Shown: positions 23,240-35,484 of the stretch, in pieces
Layout of the letters: each line of letters opens with the position of its first letter
Numbering within the stretch: the stretch's first letter is position 1
Notes under the pieces: model-generated
The model's database searches: none
Told to the model about the DNA's origin: nothing
The model's input: only the letters and a program-made list of their open reading frames with translations
Position numbers and translations under genes: made by a program
NCBI RefSeq assembly: GCF_001194135.2
Contig: NC_068996.1
Span: 7,062,074 to 7,106,531 of the forward strand
DNA length: 44,458 bases
Direction of reading: 5' to 3'
From: Octopus bimaculoides
Lineage: Eukaryota

Positions 23240-26200
23240 TTACATAGAATGGATTGATTAAAAAAAAACAAAACAAAACAAAACATGAAATACATATATG
23301 CATAATATACAAATATTATTATGATAAAGCAGGAATTCTGACACAGGAAGATCTCCATCTAGGGCTAATACAAGAACCCATAAATCCAAAATCATCTTGA
23401 GGGCCAAAGCCAAGTGCCATCTCCAACGATCATTCTTCGACCAACAGGAATATACTTTAAGCGGTTCTGTCCTACTCTTACCCTTTTTTGACACTTTCAC
23501 TTACATTTCGAAAACTTCACTCATGGACTACACTTACCTCCCCATCCTCACCTTCCTTTAGAAGGAAACTTGAAAAAAAAACCCATAAGAGCTCAACCAA
23601 AGAGGTAGATCTTCGTCCTCACACCTTTTTATCACGTCCATCACACAATCTCTTTCGCAACAGCCATTAGAAAGAGGAAGACTACTTTCATTGCACGGCT
23701 AAAAGAAGGCGGCGGAGCAATCGCCAAGATGAGGTTTCACATGCGACAACAGCGGTATTTGTTGGAGTCGGCCGGAAAATTCTCCGAAACAGAGAAACAA
23801 GTTGGTCCTCATCGACACTTAGAGATTCCTGAGAAAGCCATTGCTTTTGTTTTTCTCGCTAACTCTCTGTAAATTGCTTGTGTAGAGTTTTCCCCTATCC
23901 CATGGCCTGACTGAGAGAGTGCGGTGAGCACCTGACAACACTCAAGGTGATACTTTCCCACTCTTGACCTTTGCTTTATTCAAGACTGCAATTCTGTCAG
24001 GGAGACGAGCTACCAGAATGATGTGCCTCACTAACGGTGACCAGGAATCTTTGCAGTTGGTCCAGCCGGAGTGTATGAATGCACATCAGCACTTATGGCA
24101 TGTCAAGAAAATCCAGGCCGAGGAAGCAAGAAACTGACGGACAGCCCGACCAGAGAGACGCGTCCTTTCCATAAAAAGTCAAAGAGCAGGCTCTCTAGTC
24201 TTGCTAGGCGGAAACTAACGTGAGGCACGACAGTAAAACGGAAAACGATGACAGAAGTAATGCAAGTATTCACCACTTCTGTCCAACTTTTCAAGGCTAG
24301 CTTTCTCTCTACACATTTCTAAGTCAGATTGACCACTCTACTTCTCATTTTGTCCCATTTCTAAATCGAACGAGACTTAAGCAATTTAACCAGTCCATCG
24401 ACCTAGCACGCTACGACACCATCCGACAGTATGAACTTAACTTACCTCTCCAGAGGCTCAACAACAAGTCCACAAAGTTGTCTGAGTCTATTTTCGCTCT
24501 AGCCACCGTCTCATATTTTTTAAGCATAGAGTCAAAAGCCAAACGCTTCCAATTCTGTCACGGCTGCATACGCCATCATGTTTTTCCATGCTTTCCCAGT
24601 TCAAAAGAGATGCCTTTCAACAGCTCAAGCTTCTGCAGCTGTGGTTCGAGAGCCAGCAAAGTAAAGAAGAAGCAAAACGGGAACATCCGTGATGCACCAA
24701 GTAAGACACGAAACGGCACAGAGAGGTGGCCATTGCTGTGAATTGCAGTTATCCAACCACTGAAAATGAGTCCGACACCGGCTGCTTTCAACACAGCTTC
24801 CAGATAAGATGGTCGATACTATCAAACGTTTGAGATTGATCAAATTTATTGGGGCTCTACCGAAGCAATTTTGATTCCATAATCCTTCTATGGTGTATCG
24901 TATGAAGCGTATCACGTTTGCACTTCTCCGATCAGTGAACCGATGACTGACAAGCGTCAGCCTCTTTGATAACACCTTGGCCAAAATCTGAAACACTATT
25001 TTTAGGTTTTTAGTAGAGTTATGGATCAGAAGTTGGCGATTACACACATTTTGTCGATGTCTTTTCTGAGCAGCGTTACCACTCTCCGGCTCACAAAATT
25101 AGGACTTTTCCCATTTCGCTGTCTGTTGAAAAGACTTCTGCCAAGAGGTCATCAAACAAGTCTGACATGAATTCGCAGCATTTGTAGAGAAGACCGTTCA
25201 AACCGGGCGATTTGCACCTTATGCAACTGCTCATCGTCGTCCGCTTTTCAGTGGCTGTTATCGGCTTTTCGCAGAATCTCTAGTCTTCCGCCGAGAGCGG
25301 TAGCAGGCTGTCGAGATAGAAACTAAAGACCACTACCAACGCTGATCAATCGCCAGCCTTGAACAGTCGAGCGAAGTGATGCTGAAAACTTTCCCAGCTT
25401 GTCAAAAAACTTGATTGTGATTTGCTGTTATGGCACGCCTCCACCATTCGGGCCCATCGGATAACTTTCTTTCTCACGTGTTTCAGTGCACGAGCCTTCG
25501 CTCTGACAACAGTCATCATGTTCCGAAGAAATGGACAGAGGCAATTCTCGTCGCTAGCATGTCGATCATGAAGCCTTTGTTAATTGTTTCTTTTGGATTG
25601 GTAATCTAGCTCTCTTTACTGCTAGTTCTTTGGTAAACGCTATCGATTCTGCTTTAATTGTCCTTTTCAGAGCGTTCTACCACCAATTATTGACGACCGC
25701 TCCCGTCAACTGCTGCTTAACTAATTCACTAACCCTGTCCCTATAGTCTTTGCGTATCGGTTAGGGCAAGTTCACTACCGGTTTGATGAGCAGTGTTTTA
25801 CTGTGATACCTACAGTATAGATTCACAACACATTGTGGCTAAGAAAATACTTACCATGCATCTCTCGGTAAGTAGTTAGTTACACTATTCACACAACTAT
25901 CCACGTCCATTCGTCTTTAAATGTCGCTAAATACTTTTATTTATGAGTAAATCAGAGATAGAGAGCACCTCTCGACAGTTGGCAAAGCCTGTGAGACCAG
26001 CGAAAAACGGAAGAACCAAGAGACCTGACTTAAATGTTCGCAAAAGAGTACACGTAGACTCCTCTGAAGGCCACTAAAGGAACAGGTGATGTTAAGTAGG
26101 ACAACAAATTAAGGCTAGCACCCAAGAATATAAAAGGTTCAACTCTTGGACTGAGATATGTTCCTGTCAACGAAATTTCACTCAAGGCTTTGGATGGGCC

Positions 26201-26300
26201 CGGGCTATAATACAAAATAAATGCCTGAGGTGCCGTGCTTGAACTCGAAAGAAAGCAGTCACGAGGCGAACTTCTTAAACAAACAGCCATGATGCTATGT
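23240..26300 (-). mobile_element. L1/Tx1-clade LINE ORF2 (APE-RT), degenerate
   Basis: RDRVSELVKQQLTGAVVNN (post-APE), VVRAKARAL, CEKPITATE..KSPGLNGLLY (RT start; consensus KSPGxDG), QILAKVLSKRL; C-terminal region and T-rich end near 23260. Confidence 0.8.
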
Positions 26301-26536
26301 AATATGAGGTGTGCTACTAATTCTCAATAAACTGCTCTGACAAAAGTTGCAGCCAGTGCATTCAGTGCAGTACAGCTAGTGCATTAAAATTTATAATCTA
26401 TGAAAAGACGCTGCTACGATGATAGATATACAAACAGCTGCCTGGAATATCAGAATGAATAAATGAACAGCTCTGATAAAGAGCTGCTTAGTTTATTCCA
26501 TTACATGACATACGTTTGATTATATATATTACTGTT

Positions 26537-27237
26537 GTAGTTGTTTAGCCTCAGCTCATCACGATCAAACAAGAGTGTGGTTAGAAGTATCCATGCTTTA
26601 ATGATTTTTTTTTGATTTTTCCTTTTGTTCATCCAAAGCATATCCACGACTATATTATTCCCCGAGATTTTCTCCGACTATTTTTTTAATTAAAAGATAG
26701 TATGATTTAAATGAAATTTACATAAGATGTGGTTTAAAGGAAATTTGCCTGCTATTTCAGCGAAATTAAAGTTAAACGAAGAGACCGTCCCTTTTGACAT
26801 GTTTAATTATTTATTTCCTTCTGATGCTGCTGTCTTAGTCGCAATTCAAATAAAACCCTAAAATTCTAGAACGTCATTACTTGTAATTTCCTTCGGTAAA
26901 ATTCAGTAGAATAAAAGTCACAGAAAAAAAAAAAAAAAAAATTAACGTGACTTCATTAATAAATTAATGAGTTATAGTTCCACGATGTGTGAAAAATAGC
27001 AGTCAGATTTCATCTGGAATCACTTCCTACCGTCTTTGAAAAGAAGGACAAATTCCAAGTCATAATATGCCTAAATACATAAATAAACAAACAAACAAAT
27101 AAATAAATAAATAAATAAACAAACAAATACTAAATAAATAAATAAATAAATAAGACAAGATGTCATTAATCAAAGGTTTGTTGGATCAGAACTGATTAGG
27201 GAGAACCACCACCACCAAAACCACCACCACCATTACC

Positions 27238-27272
<35 letters not shown>

Positions 27273-27570
27273 TACCACCACCACCACCACCACCACAACA
27301 ACAACAACAACAATAACAACAACAATGTAGAAACTTGGATATTATGAGCCAATGATACGATTGCGTATCTATACGATTGCGTGTCTTACTTCAATAGCAG
27401 CCAGGTCTCCCTCATATCACATCTTACTGCTTTTATTTATGTATTTATTTGTTTGTTTATGTAAAGAAACTGAAATTGGATAGTGCATTCGTAGATGAAA
27501 ATATTTGGGAAAAACGTGTCGGCTGCCTTTGGTCACAGAGCTGATTTGGACCTAAACAACACCACCAACA
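26537..27570. repeat. Two old copies of an unclassified short repeat in inverted orientation
   Basis: 26537-26760 (+) and 27380-27570 (-) both begin GTTGTTTAG and end with T/GATxTxAxGGAxAxxTGxCTGCTATT; highly diverged. Confidence 0.35.
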
Positions 27571-28126
27571 AAAACCTAGAGATACGTCTCAAGTGATGAA
27601 ATAAGATCTAACAAAAAAAAAAAAAAAAAAAAAANNNNNNNNNNNNNNNNNNNNNNNNNNNNNNNNNNNNNNNNNNNNNNNNNNNNNNNNNNNNNNNNNN
27701 NNNNNNNNNNNNNNNNNNNNNNNNNNNNNNNNNNNNNNNNNNNNNNNNNNNNNNNNNNNNNNNNNNNNNNNNNNNNNNNNNNNNNNNNNNNNNNNNNNNN
27801 NNNNNNNNNNNNNNNNNNNNNNNNNNNNNNNNNNNNNNNNNNNNNNNNNNNNNNNNNNNNNNNNNNNNNNNNNNNNNNNNNNNNNNNNNNNNNNNNNNNN
27901 NNNNNNNNNNNNNNNNNNNNNNNNNNNNNNNNNNNNNNNNNNNNNNNNNNNNNNNNNNNNNNNNNNNNNNNNNNNNNNNNNNNNNNNNNNNNNNNNNNNN
28001 NNNNNNNNNNNNNNNNNNNNNNNNNNNNNNNNNNNNNNNNNNNNNNNNNNNNNNNNNNNNNNNNNNNNNNNNNNNNNNNNNNNNNNNNNNNNNNNNNNNN
28101 NNNNNNNNNNNNNNNNNNNNNNNNNN

Positions 28127-28187
<61 letters not shown>

Positions 28188-28340
28188 GACAAAGTATGTA
28201 CACTCCTCCCCACATATACTCAAGCTAGTTTATGAATGACAACGAAAGATAACTGATGCGGATGACTTAGTCCTGGAAGTAAAGTGAAATTTATTGTAAA
28301 GTTCAAGTTGTCTGGGACTTTGTAATAATATATATAAATA

Positions 28341-28690
28341 TATCTTTTTATCTTTTACTTGTTTCAGGCATTAGACTGCAGCTATGTTGGGGCAATACCT
28401 TGAAGAATTTTTAGTCGAATGAATCGACCCCAATACACTTTTTAGAACCTGATATCTATTCTTTCGGTCTCTTTATGCCAAACCGTTATGGGGACAAAAA
28501 CAAGCTTATACCGGTTGTCAAGCGGTGGTGGGGGAAAAAATTTACACAAAGGCACACAAACACAAAGGCACGCACTCACACGCACACGCACATACACATG
28601 CGCGCGCGCGACGAACTTTTAATTTCTGTCAACAAAATTCACTCACAAATCTTTGGTCGGCTCGCGGCTATAATAGAAGAGACTTGGCCA
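28341..28690 (-). mobile_element. SINE family B, diverged and lacking the head
   Basis: TATCTTTTACTTGTTTCAG..TAGTCGAATGAATCGACCCC..CGGTTGTCAAGCG..(CA)n..CACTCACAAATCTTTGGTCGGC. Confidence 0.85.
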
Positions 28691-29066
28691 TACATACATA
28701 TCTGTATATATGTATGTATGTATGTATGTATGCATGTATGTATGTATGTATGTATGTATGCATGTATGTATGTATGCATGTATATATAAATAAATATATG
28801 TATATATGTGTATATATATAAATATATATATAAATTCAAAAAGGGATAAAACTCTTTTACAAGAATTTTATCAAGAAGCCAGTGTGTAAAAAAATTCATA
28901 AGGGAAATTTCTATTCCCAAGAATATAATTATTCGTTTATATTTATATAAAGGGCATTATTACAGAAAATAATAACGCCGTGGCGTTATTATTTTCTGTA
29001 ATAATGCCCNNNNNNNNNNNNNNNNNNNNNNNNNNNNNNNNNNNNNNNNNNNNNNNNNNNNNNNNN

Positions 29067-29114
<48 letters not shown>

Positions 29115-29238
29115 ACATTTCTAATTCTTCATAAAAATTGAAGTTCTTGCTTTTGTGTGTGTTTGTGGTACTTGTTCGTTATTTGTGCCATAGATATAGA
29201 GTTAAGCAGCAATTTAGAGTATATATATATATAAAGAG

Positions 29239-29496
29239 AGAGTAAAGATTATTTGCCAACATAATGTGGCACTCCTGCTTAGGACGGATGTTACTGTTAT
29301 TTCGTACAAGAATTTAGTGTCACCATCTCTAGCCGAGCAGTTATTCTGTGCTGATGAAGAGAAATAACCCAGAAACCATTGGCACGCAGATATTGCGTCG
29401 ATAGTCAGCTGGAAAAGATGTTTCCTGGAGCTAAATAACAGTAACTTTCGTCCTAACTAGGTCTGCCACATTATGTTGGCAAATACCCTTTACTCT
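29239..29496 (+). mobile_element. Fold-back element (~64-bp arms) with an internal degenerate hammerhead-like motif
   Basis: Arms 29239-29302 and 29433-29496. Interior reads GTG-CTGATGA-AGAGAAATAACCCA-GAAA-CCATTGG-CAC; stem II is decayed and the UH is missing. Confidence 0.65.
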
Positions 29497-29655
29497 AGAG
29501 TACCGTTACTAAACGATTCTCGTTGAAAGATTTAGAAATAATAATTTATATGACCTCTTTCTAGCATATTGGATGTCCACCTAGTGGTCATCCCTTATAC
29601 ACGTATATATACATATATTGTAATCAGTGAATGTGTTTCACTAGAATTATTATAT

Positions 29656-29689
<34 letters not shown>

Positions 29690-29699
29690 NNNNNNNNNN

Positions 29700-29743
<44 letters not shown>

Positions 29744-30296
29744 GAAGTGAAATGTGACATTCAATAGGTATTAATTAAACAAAACATTACTGCACATTGA
29801 CGTAGTTCCAGTTATATAGAACGTGAAATAGAACCGAGAAACGGGCTACAGTCGGATTCTGTTGCTCAGTCCTATTTCTACTAATGAAGAAGTATTGACA
29901 TTAATCATAACATACGAATCGATATATCTATTTGATCTCAACTTGAAAGGTCTTTTGATGCATCGATATCATGGTTGAGTGAATATTTTTGATTTCTTGA
30001 TTGGTATTTAGAGACACCATCCAAGACTAGTGAAGTGAAAGAGAGGAATGGTATAGAAATTTATGTTCGTCCGCTAGTAAAAATTATCTTTTGCGAGATA
30101 AAAATCGTTTTGACTCTATTGAGAACGCTGGCGTAAACTAAAAGCGTCACTGGTGCCACGTGATGAAGTTATTAACTAAATGATTACATTGTTTCATGGT
30201 ACAGGAATGAGGATTGTTGTTGTTGTTCTCAGGGTAGAGGATTGGCAGACTCGATTAACTGTCGGAAAAATTGCTTTGTATTTTTCCTTTCAGATC

Positions 30297-30335
30297 TTTA
30301 CGTTCTGAGTTCAAATACAACCGAAGTCAACATTG

Positions 30336-30340
<5 letters not shown>
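30297..30340 (+). mobile_element. SINE family A fragment (B-box region)
   Basis: TTTACGTTCTGAGTTCAAATACAACCGAAGTCAACATTGCTTT. Confidence 0.6.
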
Positions 30341-30415
<75 letters not shown>

Positions 30416-30608
30416 TTCAGAAATCGATAAAATAAAATACAAGTAAAGCACTGAGGTTCATGATATCGATTAACCCGCATTATCAAAATTACTTGACTTT
30501 TGTGTCAATCAGAAACAACTGTAGTTGTTATTACTTGCTATTACTGCTATGGTGCAGTGCCGTTGGTACAATAGTTATTTTTGTTGTTTTTATTATCCTT
30601 GTTGTTAA

Positions 30609-30822
30609 GGCAGAGAGCTGGCAGAATCGTCAACACGCTGGACAAAATGCTAAGTGAGATTTCTTCCGGCTCTTTATGTTCTGAGTTCAAATTCCGCCGA
30701 GGTCAACTTCACCTTTCATTCTATCGGGGTCAAAAAAATAAGCGCCAATTGAGCACTGGGGTCGATGTAATCGACTTAAGTACTACCCGGTAGATGTTGG
30801 CCTTGTGCCAACATTTGAAACC
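30609..30822 (+). mobile_element. tRNA-derived SINE family A, full length, diverged
   Basis: GGCAGAGAGCTGGCAGAATCG head, GAGTTCAAATTCCGCCGAGGTC, tail GGCCTTGTGCCAACATTTGAAACC followed by (TTC)n(TTA)n. Confidence 0.88.
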
Positions 30823-30990
30823 ATTCTTCTTCTTCTTCTTCTTCTTCTTATTATTATTATTATTATTATTCTTTCGTTCTTGTTGCTTTGTTTTTATACG
30901 AGCTGTGCATGTTATTTATCGTCAGCAATGATATATTATAAAGAAAAGAGACCAGATTCTGAGGACTAAGATTCTGTTAAATTTGTAATG

Positions 30991-31199
30991 CAGGGTGGGC
31001 CAAAAGTCACGCACAAAATAAGTTCAATGTGTTCCGGAATAGTCAAAGACATGCTTCAACTTTTCTGAAATTGAATAAAATAAATAAAATAATTGATGAA
31101 TACACGTACTTGTACATGATTAACAAAATGAATAGTAACAATAATGTTAATGTTAATGAAATGTCGAATATTTTGGTGCGTGACTTTGGACCCACAGTG
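30991..31199. mobile_element. Tc1/mariner-type MITE (~209 bp)
   Basis: Imperfect ~30-bp TIRs: CAGGGTGGGCCAAAAGTCACGCACAAAATA and the reverse complement of TATTTTGGTGCGTGACTTTGGACCCACAGTG. TA on the right, TG on the left; AT-rich non-coding interior. Confidence 0.75.
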
Positions 31200-31877
31200 T
31201 ATTTTAATTTTGTAAGAGTTTTAAGAGAATTCTGCGAATTCGTAAGGTTGACGGTGCTTTTCTTATGATGTAAGCATGGTCCATACGACCAGTTTTTTGG
31301 GGGGTTTCTTGATGTTTGTCTGTAGAGTTTAAGAGTGCCTGCACCATTAACATGATTTCTACTGCAACTGTATCTTTCTTCGAGATTGATTCAGCTTCGA
31401 AAGATTGTGGAATCGATGCGTCTGTTGTTTCCACTTGCAAATATGTTAGTATGGAAAACAGACCATAAATTCCTTTCTACAATACTTATGTTTCCGAAAA
31501 TGGAGGGTAAGAACAAACAGTGATCGGCATTAATGTTGTTATAAGAATAAAGAGTGCAATGTTGTAGACAGTATCAGATCGCTTGAAGGAACACTACATG
31601 CGAATTCGATCTATTAGTTTACTTGTTGTTGTCTGCTAACATGAAAATAGAAATAAGTCTTGCGCTTCAGAGTGGAGTATAACAGCCGTATATTAAATTA
31701 TACTCTGGAAAAATCAAGAGCAATTGGCTTGCAGTAGGTTTTCAACTGTTCAAGACAAACTTGTACAAATTATATGATTTTGCTGAATAATTCTTGGGTT
31801 GAGTTTGGTTTGGAACACTAGGTGGTGGGAATAGCATAGTAATTAAGTTAACGTGGTAACTAGGATGGAGAAACTAA

Positions 31878-31912
<35 letters not shown>

Positions 31913-31914
31913 AC

Positions 31915-32385
31915 AACAGCTGAAGACAACCAACAAATCTAAAGAGTCTCGTAATAAAGCCGAGATTCACATCGGAGAAAGAAATAATACAGGTAACAAA
32001 CTTGAGGAGACCCTCGTTGTGGGACATGGGAAGTAATTGAACAAAGAACAACCAAAAGCTTCAAAAATGGGGATTGAAAGCGAATGTAAATACGAATTGC
32101 AAAACAAAAATCTCATCTACTGCATCACATGTTCACAATGCAACCAGAACTGGATTGGAGAAACAGGAATAAAATTAACCAACCGCGTGAACGTACTCAA
32201 ACAGCAAATTAATGATTCAGCTTTTAAAAATGTCCCATGAAAATAACATGCAGTCATTTGTGCAAATGGACAATTCAAAATATTCTCTTTTTATAAAATA
32301 AAAGGTGAAAACGATCAATTACAAAAGGCAAGAGAAGAATATCTTATAAGAATAAGTCTGAAACTAAGCCCGAAATAGTTATCAT
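31915..32385 (+). mobile_element. Penelope-like element linker/zinc finger plus GIY-YIG fragment
   Basis: RQPTNLKSL, GDPRCGT, then NLIYCITCSQCNQNWIGETGIKLTNRVNVLKQQI and KAREEYLI; stops and frameshifts. Confidence 0.85.
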
Positions 32386-33778
32386 TATAACTAAAAGCAC
32401 CTTCCTCTATACGCATTAACACAGAACACGTATGTTTGAAAAGTTGAACAACGAAAGCACTTATACACAAAATACACGAAGGATACGAAAAATTCTTTCC
32501 AAATGTTGGTGACATTGTTCTCTAAATAATTTAAAAAAATAATATATAACTTTAAAACAAATCTTTCTTTAACTATACATACATACGTAAAAAAAGAAAC
32601 AAATTGATAGATATATAGATAGACTAACGGACAGACGGACAGACGGACAGACAGACAGACGTCTAGATAGATAGGTAAAAAAACAGATAGCTAGACAGAC
32701 AGACAAATAGGTAGCTAGGTAATTAGATAGATACATTTCTTTTATTAGCCACACAGGGCTCAACGAAGATGGGACAAATACAATGTAGAGCTTTTCTTTT
32801 TGGGAGGGGGAAGGAAAAAAAGGGNNNNNNNNNNNNNNNNNNNNNNNNNNNNNNNNNNNNNNNNNNNNNNNNNNNNNNNNNNNNNNNNNNNNNNNNNNNN
32901 NNNNNNNNNNNNNNNNNNNNNNNNNNNNNNNNNNNNNNNNNNNNNNNNNNNNNNNNNNNNNNNNNNNNNNNNNNNNNNNNNNNNNNNNNNNNNNNNNNNN
33001 NNNNNNNNNNNNNNNNNNNNNNNNNNNNNNNNNNNNNNNNNNNNNNNNNNNNNNNNNNNNNNNNNNNNNNNNNNNNNNNNNNNNNNNNNNNNNNNNNNNN
33101 NNNNNNNNNNNNNNNNNNNNNNNNNNNNNNNNNNNNNNNNNNNNNNNNNNNNNNNNNNNNNNNNNNNNNNNNNNNNNNNNNNNNNNNNNNNNNNNNNNNN
33201 NNNNNNNNNNNNNNNNNNNNNNNNNNNNNNNNNNNNNNNNNNNNNNNNNNNNNNNNNNNNNNNNNNNNNNNNNNNNNNNNNNNNNNNNNNNNNNNNNNNN
33301 NNNNNNNNNNNNNNNNNNNNNNNNNNNNNNNNNNNNNNNNNNNNNNNNNNNNNNNNNNNNNNNNNNNNNNNNNNNNNNNNNNNNNNNNNNNNNNNNNNNN
33401 NNNNNNNNNNNNNNNNNNNNNNNNNNNNNNNNNNNNNNNNNNNNNNNNNNNNNNNNNNNNNNNNNNNNNNNNNNNNNNNNNNNNNNNNNNNNNNNNNNNN
33501 NNNNNNNNNNNNNNNNNNNNNNNNNNNNNNNNNNNNNNNNNNNNNNNNNNNNNNNNNNNNNNNNNNNNNNNNNNNNNNNNNNNNNNNNNNNNNNNNNNNN
33601 NNNNNNNNNNNNNNNNNNNNNNNNNNNNNNNNNNNNNNNNNNNNNNNNNNNNNNNNNNNNNNNNNNNNNNNNNNNNNNNNNNNNNNNNNNNNNNNNNNNN
33701 NNNNNNNNNNNNNNNNNNNNNNNNNNNNNNNNNNNNNNNNNNNNNNTGTGTTTGTTTGTGTGTGTGGTGTGTGTGTGT

Positions 33779-33810
<32 letters not shown>

Positions 33811-34221
33811 TATGTTAGTGTGTGTGTAAGTGTGCATCTACGCGTACGTATGTTTTAGAACAATTTTGCTGTTTTAGCTTGCTGTGACACCACTTAAAAA
33901 AGAAACAGTATCTTATGATTAGCGTTATTTATCTCTTTACTATGTCTCTACTTGATCACTGAGTTGCTACAGGGAGCTGGTGTGCTCTCAATTCCTTTTA
34001 TAACTTTCTGAAGACGACTAATGATCTACGTTGGACATGGGTGGCCATCTCATCCAAGTGGTTTTGCAATCTTTAATAGGAGCCATGATTGCGATCTTGA
34101 TTTATCTATTTAATTAATAGATAACAAAAATGAAAACAAGAAAAAAAAACCAAGTAGCTGGAGGAGGGAAGAGCAAAATCTGTTACAGTTGTAATACAGT
34201 AACGGATTTCAACTACGCATA

Positions 34222-34259
34222 AGTATGTATGTACGTACGTACGTACGTATGTATGTATG

Positions 34260-34293
<34 letters not shown>

Positions 34294-34440
34294 TGTATGT
34301 ATGTATGTATGTAGGTATGTATGTATGTATGGATGTATGTATGTATGTATGTATGTATGTATGTATGTATGTATGCGTGTGTATGTATGTATGTATGTAT
34401 GTATGCATGCATGTATGTATGTATGCATGTATGCTTGCAT
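34222..34440 (+). repeat. (TATG)n microsatellite
   Basis: Read directly from the sequence. Confidence 0.95.
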
Positions 34441-34477
34441 GCATATGTATGTATAAATATACGTGTATATGTGTGTG

Positions 34478-34518
<41 letters not shown>

Positions 34519-34530
34519 CTATATACATTT

Positions 34531-34901
34531 CTTTTATTTGTTTCAGTCATTTCACTGCGGCCATGCTGGAGCAGCGCCTTTATTCGAAAAAATTGACCCC
34601 AAGACTTATTCCTTGTAAGCCTAGTACTTATTCTATCGGTTTCTTTTGCCGAACCGCTAGTTTACGGGGACGTAAACACACCAGCATCGGTTGTCAAGCA
34701 ACGGTGGAGGTACATACACACACACATACACACATATATGCGACAAGCTTCTTTCAGTTTTCGTCTACCAAATCTGCTGAAAAGGCTTTGGTCGGCCCGA
34801 GACTATAGTAAAAGGAACTTGCCCAAGGTGCCATGCGGTGGGACTGTACTGAGTACCACGTGGCTGGGAAGTAAGCTTCGTACCACAGTCACTCCTGCGC
34901 C
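34531..34901 (-). mobile_element. SINE family B, full length
   Basis: Colinear with 20637-21068 from TTTGTTTCAGTCATTT to CACTCCTGCGCCT. Confidence 0.9.
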
Positions 34902-35165
34902 TGTTTGCACACAAACATATACGCATATTCATACACACACACATACACACTCACATACACATGCATACATTTATTTATGCACATATCTATATATATTTAA
35001 CACTTTTCTCGCTGTATTGTATATTCGTTACTGTTTGCCTCTGTTATTTATTATGGATCTTCTATAAAAATGAAGCTGCGTCCCTTATTTTGCTACTTTT
35101 CTATACACAAACGCAAAAGATATCCTGCGGAACAGTCGTTATTTTAACGAGATACATCTTGTAAT

Positions 35166-35270
35166 CACCTGAAGAGACACATCCACACCGACGGATTCTC
35201 TTTAACCAGTTGTTAAATATCCCACCCGTGAGGGACCGATGCTAGATGGGTTGAAACAATTGTATTGTGG
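35166..35270 (+). ncRNA. Hammerhead ribozyme with extended stem II
   Basis: CAC-CTGAAGA-GACACATC..61 nt..GATGGGTT-GAAA-CAATTG-TA-TTGTG. Stem II 7/8 paired; perfect palindromic stem III; GUA triplet; stem I (CAC/GTG) offset by 2 nt. Confidence 0.65.
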
Positions 35271-35484
35271 AAGTGCTTGTCTCCCCCTTGTAAACATAAG
35301 GACACAGGAAATGTGTCAAGGCCGACAGGAAGCGGTGCAGTTCCCAAGGTCTAACCAACAGTAGTATGATTCCCTTCAGGGGACTGTCACATTAAGTTGA
35401 CAGCATACAACTACTTCATCGTATCACTACTGCATAAATCTCTCTGAGAGATTTAGAAATGTATTATTTCAAATTAGAAACTCT

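Noticed and set aside
30019-30057. Possible 39-nt exon (TTTAG|..|GTATAG)
   Set aside because: Weak donor and no recognisable peptide.
31204-31860. Minus-strand ORF and adjacent sequence as PLE reverse transcriptase
   Set aside because: No RT motifs could be recognised in any frame; left unclassified.
34008-34049. Hammerhead-like CTGAAGA-CGAC..GTTG-GACA-TGG..CCA-TC
   Set aside because: The core A is mutated, stem II is weak and there is no stem I; indistinguishable from chance by eye.
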